IMG/VR virus record: IMGVR_UViG_3300027892_000030
Span: 1 to 61,175 of that record
Strand: one strand, 5' to 3'
Length of the DNA stretch: 61,175 nucleotides
Origin: a virus
Lineage: Duplodnaviria; Caudoviricetes
The translations under genes and the position numbers were made by a program. A model generated the notes under the pieces. That model had not been told where the DNA came from and did not search any database. It saw only the letters and a list, made by a program, of their open reading frames with translations. This document shows, in pieces, positions 18,821 to 28,300 of the stretch (position 1 is the first letter of the stretch; each line of letters begins with the position of its first letter).

Positions 18821-21508
18821 TTATTTTTTTGTTTGGTTGTGTAGATAATTTAAATACATAGCACTCAACTCTGCTGGAGATGTTGTTTTGTATGTGTTAT
18901 CTATAATCTGTTCATCAGTTGCAATAGCGGCACCATATATAGTAGTGTACCCTGTAGCGTTTGGAGGTCTAACATAATTAACAAGTCTATATCCTCCACC
19001 TGATTTTATAACATCAGCACGATAACTCCAACCTGCTTGAGTTACTGCTGGATTAATGTTAGTACCTTTATAATGAGCTGTAGTCCAAGCATCAGGTGAG
19101 TTAACCATGTATACAGGATTTGTAGATTTGGTGTTCTCATTCATGTTAATTGCATCCTGAATAGGTTGTTCTACATAATTTGTAAATTTAGCATTTGTAA
19201 AAGTTGTTAAATCTGTACGGTTTACATTAGTTATAGTGTAAGATTTTCCATCTTCATCATTAACTATTATCTCACCCATCCAGTCTTCTCTAGAATTGGT
19301 AGGCTTTTTAGCATTCCAAGATATAGTTTTTGCATTATCTAAAGCTTTTAATACTGTTTCTTTATCTACACCTGGTCCATAGTTTCTTTCTCCACCATTT
19401 ACATACGTAGCCACCATACCTATAGTTTCAGGTTTTGATTCAGTATCCATAGCTAAAAGTCCTGACACAGCATCATTTACACCAACCACTTTAGCTAGTT
19501 TATCATTATATATTTTTTCAGCCTTATCTAATGTATCATAATATTTAACTTGCTTACCTTTAAAACTATCAACTTCTTTAAAGAGTTGATTATGCATTTC
19601 AGGAGACATCTTATACCATTGAGAAAGAAATTTATTTTGATTAGCATTTAATCTTTTATCGTTAATACTAAATCTATTTCTAACAGCTGAACCATACCCA
19701 AGAGCTAGTTCTCGTATCAATCCACTCTTTTCCATTTGCAACATGTCTTCAGGAGTGATAGTAAACTTTTGACCTTCAATATTAAAATTCATTGTTTGAT
19801 GCCCAGCTAATAATTTTTTTAACTCTCCATCAACATCAGCTTCTTTATTAGCAGATGCTCTAGCTGTTATTTTAAGATTTACTTTATTATTTAAAGTGCT
19901 AGAAGTCTCAATAAATTCAGCAAGCTCATCATTTAAATTAGGTGGAGGAACTACTCCATTATTATCATAATTGTTCTTAATGTTATTTACAAATCTATCT
20001 AAGTATGCTTCAGTGCTTATACCTTTTTCTTTGGCCCATCTATCAGCCATAACTAAAATATCTTTATCATCTAACTTAGGATCGTTCTTCCATGTTCTTA
20101 CAAAATCAAAAAATATAGATTTTGATTTTAGGTTTTTATCTTCAGTTAGTGTACTTATATCTGTTTCAATAATGTTTTGAGCATTCACTTTATCTCCTGG
20201 AGTACCAGCTGTGAACAATGCTTTATTTGCATCATATGTTCCTCCTGGACCTTTACCTTTACCTGGTTCAGGTTTTTTATTCCAATTTCCTGTAGCAAGA
20301 TCTTGTTCATATTCAGCCATGAATTTATAATCTTCTCTTAGACTTGCATGTTGATCAAGTGCTAATTTTGCTCTATCAATAGCAAGCTTGTTTCTTTCTT
20401 GTGTTTTTTTAAATGCCATGTCATCTCTGTAGTTTTGCTGTTGCAAAGCTTCATTAGTTGCATATGTTTTTGAACTATCCTCATCAAGAAATTGATTTAA
20501 TAAACGTTGCTTAAACTCTTGAGTGTAATAGCTTTGTTTAAATGATTCTGGATTATCCTCTGCTTCTTTAGACAATGTTATAAATGTATTATCATTCTTT
20601 AATAAAGCAGCTTCATTTTCAGAAGCAGCCTTGATGTACATTTCTTTTTGCTCAGGAGATATATTTGTTCCATTCAACATAGCAGTGATTTCTAATGCTT
20701 GTTGTTGTAATCTAGATCTCTCACTATCATAATCAGCTTTCAAAGGTTCTAACAATGTTGTAGCTTCTGTATTTCTATATGTAGCCCAACCATCAATTCC
20801 TATTTGTTGTTTTACATTTCCTTCATTCAATACATTATTGATAGCAGCAATTACAGCTGGTTTGTTTGTAACAAGCTTTTCAATTGTCTTAGCATCAGCA
20901 TATGTATAATGTCCATTAGTGATAAGTGGTTTATTATCAGGACCAGTAACAAATATTTGTTCTGCTATGGTTTCACTTTGTCCAACACCTACAAGAGCTT
21001 CTTTTAACTTCTTTACAATGTTTGTATAAGGAACATAGTCAGCACTAAAAGAAGCTTTTAAATCTTTGCTATTAACATAGTCTGATGCATACATATCATA
21101 GTAGTCATCATTGTTCTTATCTGTTAATCCTTTCTTTGCTAACTCAGCTTTCTTTTTATATCCTGCTCTAAGTCTAGCTGTAGAACTAACCGCATTCAAA
21201 ACATCTTCATCTTTAGTTATCTGTTTAGTCATACCATTAACAGAATTAACCAAAGAGAAATCAGAGAAGTCTCCAGCAGCTAAGAATGTTAAGTTATTAC
21301 CTAAAGAGTTAAGTTTAGATTGTAGATATTTCTGCTGAACTTCATTAGCAATATCTAACCCTGCAACATTATCAATGTTAGTTTGAATTTTCTTTACTCC
21401 ATCTTCGTACATTTTTTGTTTGTACACACCTACCTTAAGCATTGCATCTATAGGTTGCTGCTCTACGTAAGGATTAAAGGTTGGGATTTTGTCTGTATAT
21501 GAAGCCAT
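18821..21508 (-). CDS. Putative ejected cargo (internal virion) protein, 895 aa
   Basis: Long helical ORF directly upstream of the RNAP. The N-terminus FNPYVEQQPIDAMLKVGVYKQ resembles crAss-like cargo genes at this position. Confidence 0.6.
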   Translation of the reverse strand: MASYTDKIPTFNPYVEQQPIDAMLKVGVYKQKMYEDGVKKIQTNIDNVAGLDIANEVQQKYLQSKLNSLGNNLTFLAAGDFSDFSLVNSVNGMTKQITKDEDVLNAVSSTARLRAGYKKKAELAKKGLTDKNNDDYYDMYASDYVNSKDLKASFSADYVPYTNIVKKLKEALVGVGQSETIAEQIFVTGPDNKPLITNGHYTYADAKTIEKLVTNKPAVIAAINNVLNEGNVKQQIGIDGWATYRNTEATTLLEPLKADYDSERSRLQQQALEITAMLNGTNISPEQKEMYIKAASENEAALLKNDNTFITLSKEAEDNPESFKQSYYTQEFKQRLLNQFLDEDSSKTYATNEALQQQNYRDDMAFKKTQERNKLAIDRAKLALDQHASLREDYKFMAEYEQDLATGNWNKKPEPGKGKGPGGTYDANKALFTAGTPGDKVNAQNIIETDISTLTEDKNLKSKSIFFDFVRTWKNDPKLDDKDILVMADRWAKEKGISTEAYLDRFVNNIKNNYDNNGVVPPPNLNDELAEFIETSSTLNNKVNLKITARASANKEADVDGELKKLLAGHQTMNFNIEGQKFTITPEDMLQMEKSGLIRELALGYGSAVRNRFSINDKRLNANQNKFLSQWYKMSPEMHNQLFKEVDSFKGKQVKYYDTLDKAEKIYNDKLAKVVGVNDAVSGLLAMDTESKPETIGMVATYVNGGERNYGPGVDKETVLKALDNAKTISWNAKKPTNSREDWMGEIIVNDEDGKSYTITNVNRTDLTTFTNAKFTNYVEQPIQDAINMNENTKSTNPVYMVNSPDAWTTAHYKGTNINPAVTQAGWSYRADVIKSGGGYRLVNYVRPPNATGYTTIYGAAIATDEQIIDNTYKTTSPAELSAMYLNYLHNQTKK

Positions 21509-21523
21509 AGCGAGTTAATTAAG

Positions 21524-21554
21524 CAAATATAATATGAATTATTAGATTATACAA
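21524..21554 (-). promoter_or_regulatory. Bacteroidota sigma-A type promoter for the 895-aa/RNAP/polyvalent genes
   Basis: Minus strand TTG-N20-TATATTTG, matching the -33/-7 consensus TTG...TAnnTTTG. Confidence 0.65.
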
Positions 21555-21580
21555 TAGTGTATAACGATATATGTTAATTC

Positions 21581-21603
21581 TTTATAATTAAATTAGTTAT
21601 AAA
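21581..21603. promoter_or_regulatory. 23-bp palindromic operator-like site, copy 1
   Basis: TTTATAATTAAATTAGTTATAAA, one mismatch from copy 2. Confidence 0.6.
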
Positions 21604-24600
21604 TTTTTGAATGCTCTTACGACAGAGCTGTTCTTGTAGTTCTTTTTAGATGTTCCTCCATTTTTTCTTTTTTCACCAATTCCTCCTACTGCTTCAAGGT
21701 CAGCATCTGTTACAGTGTTCTTATCAGAAGATCTAACTCCTACAATGTTACCAGCAGCATCATATGTAAACTCTTTACCTGAAGCTAATCCTCCTCCACC
21801 TGATGAACTATTTCCACCTATAGTGGTATCAAAGAATTGAAGACCATTGTAGTTCTTAGCTCTACCATTGTTACCAAATCTGTAGTTGTACATGTTCTCA
21901 TAGATAGAAAGTTTTCTATTCTCAAGTTTGTTCTTAGCATACTTATCAGCAATAGAATTAAGAGCAGCTTGTGTTGTAGCTTTAGTGTTTGATCTAGCTT
22001 GAGATTGTTTAGTCCATTGATCAGCAAAGATTCCTAAGTTTATCTTCTTAGCATCATTCATTGTATTAACGTTACTAGTATAAACTTGGTTCTTTAATCC
22101 TTGGTTAGCCATAAACTCTTTTTCGTTTATTTCGTTTATAGCATTATATTCAGCTGGAGCCATATTAGATTGAGCAGCTGGATTGTATCCAATTTGTCTT
22201 TCACGATTTCTAGTAGCAGACATTACAGAGTTACGCTGTGCTTGTAAAGAGATATCATAAGGAACCATTAGTTCTGGTTGATAACTCTGTGCAGGAACAG
22301 GTTCTAATTGATTACTAGCCATAGCATTCCACTCTGGATATAATTGCACAGCATCTAGTTCTGATTGATCTGTTGGTGTTAAATATCTTAATGCTTGATT
22401 AGCAAGTAATGCCCATGAAGGAATCTTACTAGTTTCTTTTGTTGTAGTAGGAGCTCCTTCTGCTGGAGTAACTGTTGCCATTATTGTTTCTTCACTATTA
22501 GCTGGATCTGTTTTTTTAGCTTCAGCTATTCTTGCAGATACAGTTTGTTCTCCAAAGTCACCATCTTCATTTATAAATGCTGTTGATCCCATTGCTTTAG
22601 CTCTAGCATTAAATGCTCTTTGATAATTCTTTACATCTACTTTGCTCTTAGGATTTAATGTACTCCAACCTGGATACCAAGAATTAGCTTTCTTAGCTTC
22701 TTCAAATTGTGCTGGTGTCACTTTACCCCATGTTCCTAATGCACTTTGTTTTTGCCCTGCAGGAACATATCCAAGAGCATCTGCAGATTTAGTTTCTGTG
22801 TCTTTAGTATCAAACTTCTTTATAACTCTTTCGTATATTTTAGTCTTTCCATCAGGTCCATACTTACCAGTGAATTTGTATCCTTGGTTTAAAGCATCTC
22901 TATCACTATCAAATGATTTTGGAGGAGAAGTAGTTTCTTTTGTTGTAGTGGCACCATCTTTAGCTTTCTTAATAAGATTAGCTCCATTCTTAGCATTCAT
23001 TGTAACTGGATCCTTATCAAGCTTAGTATATCCTTTAGCAAGATCTTCTGCACTAAGGTTTTCTCCTATCACATCAGATAGTTCTTCTTTAGCATCATTG
23101 ATTGCATTTTGATAGTTAGCTAATGTTATTTTAGTGTTAGCTATGTTTCTAAGTTTAGCATCAGCTCCTTCAAGCATAGCTTGCAATCCAGCAAGTCTTG
23201 CTTTATCAAGAGATGTTTCCACTTTGAATGAATCTACTAACTTAGAATTTTTATCAATGATTTTATTTTGCTTAGCTTCTTGTTTAGCAAGATCAATTCC
23301 AATGTTCTTGAATTTCTTACCATTATATATATTTGCTATTTCCATAAGATCTGGATCATTAAATTGTGATACTACTTTTTTGTCTAGTTGCATATTACCA
23401 AATACTACACCAGTAGTTTCTGGTTGTCCTGTTTGAGGATTTATTTCTCCACCAGATTCCATTTCAAACATAGGTTCTCCTCTTTCTACTTCTACAGGAT
23501 TATCACCATACGTAATACCAATACCTGTTTGACCATTTCCATCAGAGTCAGTGTGTGACTGTCCTCTAAATAAAACTGTTTCACCAGAGCCTGGCATGTA
23601 AGGATTATGAGACATAGTCTCAGCTCCTCCACCCCAATGAGTTTGAAGTTGTCCACCCATAGCATATGTCTCCATAGCTCTTTCACTTGGAGGTGTGTAC
23701 TGTTTTAAATGTCCACCAGCTCTAAACTTATGTGCATAGTCAGCAAAGTCTTCTGAAGTGTGATCACCAAACATTGTTATTAATTGTGGATTGTAATTAG
23801 GGTTCATATATCCACCATCTTCATAGCTAGCAATATCACCACCGTTTCTTACATATCTATTATGTGATTCTTGTAGTCCTTGGAATCCTGAATTAAGAGC
23901 CATCACTTGTGTATTAGCTTTAGTTTTCTCTTGAGCTTTTGCAATATCTCTTGGGTTTGTATCTAATAAGTTTCCAACTGTTCCAAGAACAGCTTCACCA
24001 ATCATACCACCAATAGGTCCTCCAATAGCAGTACCAGCAGCTTTACCAACAGTTCCTCCAATACTTCCTCCAGCATTTTTACCTCCTGAAAGAGATTGTC
24101 CTACACCTGCACCCATTCCTCCTATTTGTCCATATAGTTGAGGATCTGCTTCTCCTGACCAAAAACCACCATCTTGTGCACGATGTAAATAACCACCATG
24201 TCTAAAGTCTTTTAACTGATTAGGATCTTGTAATGGTTCATAACCACCATCTGTATAGATATCATATCCATTACTATAAGTGTTTTGTATCTCTGTAGGA
24301 TTACCTCCTATCATAGATCCATTTTGAGCTCTATAAAATTGTCCACCGTTTCTACTAAGAACATTTGTACCAACACCATAGATAGGAAAGAACTCTTCTC
24401 CTGTGTTTTGTATATCTTCAGGACGAACATATCTTCTTTTAGATTCTTCTTCTCTAGTTGCAGAAGCCATTCTAGCAATATCACTAACAGTTGCATCTCT
24501 CTCAGCATTCTTTTTCTTAGCCTCTTCAGCATTCAATTCATCAATAGCTCCAGCTATACTTCCTAAAGGTCCTGCAAATGGACCTAACGTATCCATCACT

Positions 24601-25346
24601 TTAGTGAATCCACTTTTTGTTGGTATCTCTCCTTGACGTCTATCACTAGGAGGACTAGGAGCTCCTGCATATGGTGGAGTGTTAGTCTTCTTTCCCATAA
24701 TACCACCAGGACCATTTGGATCTCCTTGTGGTACAGGATTTGGTTGTGCTGCAGGAGTTTGTGGTTCTCCTAGCCTACCCATTGTCTGAGCACCTATTCC
24801 ATATTTATTCATATCAACTCTTGGAACTATGGTAGTAGTATCAGTAGTTGTATTGTTAAACCAGTTAGGTGTAGTGTATCCTGAGTATGCTCTTGGAACA
24901 TATCCTCCATATCTAAAATCCATATCAGACATATCCATTCCTTCACCACCTTCACCTTCAGCACCTTCACCTTGACTGCCAAACATTTTCATTATGTCTC
25001 CCATACCACCCATCATACTACCCATTCCTCCACCACCAGACTCACCACCTTTAGCAGCAGCTTGTGCAGCAGCTTTTGCAGCAGCATCAGCTTCAGCTTT
25101 ATCTCTTTCTGCTTGAGTTGATCCAGTGTTTAATTTATCAGCACTATCATATAACTCTTGGTAGTTAATATATGACATTGGTTTAGAAACAAATTGTGTA
25201 GGAGATCCTCCACCAATAAGTGTACCTATCTGAGCTTTTTTAAAAGCTTTACCATGGACTTTCATGAATGCTTCTTCTGAAGGATATTTCTTATAGAACT
25301 CCTTTTCAGATTTAACTCCTGCTATTTTTAAAATTTGTGCCTTCAT
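21597..25346 (-). CDS. Putative ejected cargo protein with Gly-rich membrane-like segments, 1249 aa
   Basis: Gly-zipper-like GTAIGGPIGGMIGEAVLGTVGNLL, a GQSH...GI...VEVERGEP motif I associate with crAss-like cargo proteins, and many xxGG motifs. Lies between muzzle and RNAP. Confidence 0.6.
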   Translation of the reverse strand: MKAQILKIAGVKSEKEFYKKYPSEEAFMKVHGKAFKKAQIGTLIGGGSPTQFVSKPMSYINYQELYDSADKLNTGSTQAERDKAEADAAAKAAAQAAAKGGESGGGGMGSMMGGMGDIMKMFGSQGEGAEGEGGEGMDMSDMDFRYGGYVPRAYSGYTTPNWFNNTTTDTTTIVPRVDMNKYGIGAQTMGRLGEPQTPAAQPNPVPQGDPNGPGGIMGKKTNTPPYAGAPSPPSDRRQGEIPTKSGFTKVMDTLGPFAGPLGSIAGAIDELNAEEAKKKNAERDATVSDIARMASATREEESKRRYVRPEDIQNTGEEFFPIYGVGTNVLSRNGGQFYRAQNGSMIGGNPTEIQNTYSNGYDIYTDGGYEPLQDPNQLKDFRHGGYLHRAQDGGFWSGEADPQLYGQIGGMGAGVGQSLSGGKNAGGSIGGTVGKAAGTAIGGPIGGMIGEAVLGTVGNLLDTNPRDIAKAQEKTKANTQVMALNSGFQGLQESHNRYVRNGGDIASYEDGGYMNPNYNPQLITMFGDHTSEDFADYAHKFRAGGHLKQYTPPSERAMETYAMGGQLQTHWGGGAETMSHNPYMPGSGETVLFRGQSHTDSDGNGQTGIGITYGDNPVEVERGEPMFEMESGGEINPQTGQPETTGVVFGNMQLDKKVVSQFNDPDLMEIANIYNGKKFKNIGIDLAKQEAKQNKIIDKNSKLVDSFKVETSLDKARLAGLQAMLEGADAKLRNIANTKITLANYQNAINDAKEELSDVIGENLSAEDLAKGYTKLDKDPVTMNAKNGANLIKKAKDGATTTKETTSPPKSFDSDRDALNQGYKFTGKYGPDGKTKIYERVIKKFDTKDTETKSADALGYVPAGQKQSALGTWGKVTPAQFEEAKKANSWYPGWSTLNPKSKVDVKNYQRAFNARAKAMGSTAFINEDGDFGEQTVSARIAEAKKTDPANSEETIMATVTPAEGAPTTTKETSKIPSWALLANQALRYLTPTDQSELDAVQLYPEWNAMASNQLEPVPAQSYQPELMVPYDISLQAQRNSVMSATRNRERQIGYNPAAQSNMAPAEYNAINEINEKEFMANQGLKNQVYTSNVNTMNDAKKINLGIFADQWTKQSQARSNTKATTQAALNSIADKYAKNKLENRKLSIYENMYNYRFGNNGRAKNYNGLQFFDTTIGGNSSSGGGGLASGKEFTYDAAGNIVGVRSSDKNTVTDADLEAVGGIGEKRKNGGTSKKNYKNSSVVRAFKNL

Positions 25347-25347
25347 A

Positions 25348-28300
25348 TTAATTATATTTATTCAACCATCCACCTGGTTGTGGTTTGTTATAGTTTGTAA
25401 AGTTAGTCAATTGATCTAAGTTCTCCAAACCTTTTTGTTCTTGTCTAATGTTTCCTCCCTGTTTCAATCTAGTAAAATAGATTCTTGGAACTTCATATTG
25501 TTGAGTAGCTGGATTATATTTTGCTCTAGGTAATGTCTTACCTGATAGTTTTTCTAGCTCTTCAATTTTAGAATTTATATCTTTTATAGCTAATTTAGGA
25601 GTACCAGTAGTATATCCAAGGCTATTAAGATTATTTGTTCCAGATTTAATATTCACTTCTATTAAACCTTTTTTAACCATCATTGCTCCTGCATCAAGTG
25701 TAAGAGGAAGTGAATCTGTACTAAGAGACATTGGAGAAGTAATAGAACCAGAACCAATAAAATTACTACCTTTAGGAGAAGCTTCAACTTTTCTAACAGC
25801 TTTAATTAATTGTTCTCTAGTTTTTCCTAGCGATTGAAGTTCTTCAATTATTTGTCCATTAACATCTAAAACTGGATTACCAGATTTATCAAAAACTTTT
25901 ACATAATCATAATTAGTACCTGCACTATTTATTAATCCTTCTGGAGCTGTTTGAGGATCGCTATAGTTAATAACACCTCTACTACTATCTTCTCCAAAAT
26001 TCTCTGCATAACTTCTTCCTATTTTTCTTACTAAACTTTCTCTACCTTGAGGTGCTGCTGTTTTAATTTCATTTATAGATGGTGCAAGACTTTCAATCTC
26101 TGTGAGATCATTTACATTTATAGGATTAGTTGTTATATCAATTTTAGTTTTATTTAAATCAGGAACAACATTTTTATATTTCTGAAGTAGTTCTTGTTTT
26201 GTAACTCCTAATAATCTGTATACAACAGTATCATCAAGTTTTAATATTTGTTTATTAATATTAACTAATGCTTGAGGATCACTCAACAATTTAGAGGGGT
26301 TCCAGTACATTACATTTTTATATTTACCTAATTCACGAATAGCAGCAATAGTTTCTTGTTCTTGTGGAGTATATATATCAGGCTGTTTAGGAAGTTCTTT
26401 TTTTCCAAAAGACTTTTTAAATTCTTTAAGTATATCAAGATCTTTCTTTTTATTATAGATAGATAGTTTCTGAGCTTTTGTTAAATTATCTTTTATTGAT
26501 TTAACCCATGCTTTTCCTTCTGGTAAAGAATTAGCATATGCTTTTGCTAAACTTTGAAATTCTTCTGTTGTAGGTTTTGGACCAATTCCATTTACAATGT
26601 CATCAAGTCTTTTACCAAGAGGAGAATTCATAATGTGATCGTTAATCTTTGTTATTTGTTCTCTTGCTGCAGTTGGACCCATTATCTTTTCTAATTGAAC
26701 CTCATAGTTATACATTATACTATTTAATGAACTACGTAAATCTCCAGCATCTTGAATTCTAAAAATTTGAGAATTATTATCTGAAGCAGAATAATATATA
26801 GCATCATCAATACCTTTGATTAACTCAGTTAACTCACCATTTTTATCAGTCTTAACATTTTGTAAATATTTTAAACGATCATATGTATCACCAATATTAC
26901 CAGCAACATCTTTTCCAAACTGTTTAACTTTAGGAGCAATCTTAGATAGTTTACTTATATTTTGTGGTAAGTTTTTAGCACCAACTATAGTTTTTGCAGC
27001 TATATTACTTAATGCAGGAAGTGCTTGATATGTCAATGGATTAAAAGCCATTGCTTCCCAAGGACTAACGTTACCCATTCTTTGCATACCTAATGTAGGT
27101 GTTTCTCTAAAATCTCCATATGAAGATATATTAGTATTCTTCAAATAGTTTGCTGCAGCGTTACCAGGCATATTCAAAGGAGCAAACACTTTAAGTGCTG
27201 ATATCTTTGAGTTTCTATCTTCTTCTTCTTCTTGTGGTGTTAGACCAGCAATAGGAAAGTTTAATGGATTACCAGGAAGCAATGTATTTCCAATCTGTTG
27301 TAAACCACTTAATCCTTCAGAAAACTCATTTGGATTTAACTGTGAAGAGTATTCAGAATTTATTAATGCTTCTCTTTCATTTGGTGTAAGATTATAAATC
27401 CAATTATCTCGTTTGTTTAAATCAAACCCTCTTTGTTTTGCAATCTTTTCTAAAGCATTTGTGTTTCTATCATAATCATAGTTAGCGTTTATATCACGCA
27501 ATACAGTCTCAGGGAAGTTAGTTCTATCAATACCAAACCAATTACTTTCACCAAGTCCTTTTATGTATTCATCTTTCTTCTGATTAATGAAAGCCTCTCT
27601 ACCATTCTTCTTATCATACTCAGCTCTTGCTTTTGATAATGGTGTACTCTTTCCTTTAACTACAATCTCCTCAAGTTCTCCACCAAACATAGGTATATTA
27701 TTTTCTCCTGCATTAGGAACTTGTATCTGTCCTTCCTTATAAATTTTTGCATACTCTGGAGAAGCTGTATTTATAGTTTCAACTTTACCCTCTTCATTTT
27801 TCAATTTTATATTCTTACCTTCTTGAGCTATAGGATATTCTGTCACCTTAGTACCTTTAAGTTTATATTTACCTCCTGGCATCATAAGTTTTACATCTCC
27901 TGTATCTGATATAGCTAGAACGTTCTGAGTTATAGGTTTTCCTGTTTTTGGATCTGGTCCCATATCTATATAAGATCCTGGTTCACTTTGATCTATCTCT
28001 GTAACTTGTCCTGGATAATCCCATTGTCCTCTGTCATCTTTTATAACTCCTCCATCTTTCATTCCTAATTTTTTACCTACAGCTTTTTCAACTGAATGAT
28101 AACCAGGAATTGTATTAAATGGATTAATAAGATTGTTTACAAATTGTTTATTACTCTTTGCACCTAATCCTTCTAATCCTCCTGTTAATAATGGAACTCC
28201 TACTGCTGTTATAAGAGGCATCATTGAATCTTGTTGAACTATTTGATTAGGGGCAGCACCAAGATCTGAAGCCATACCACCAATCATGTTAAGAGGATTT

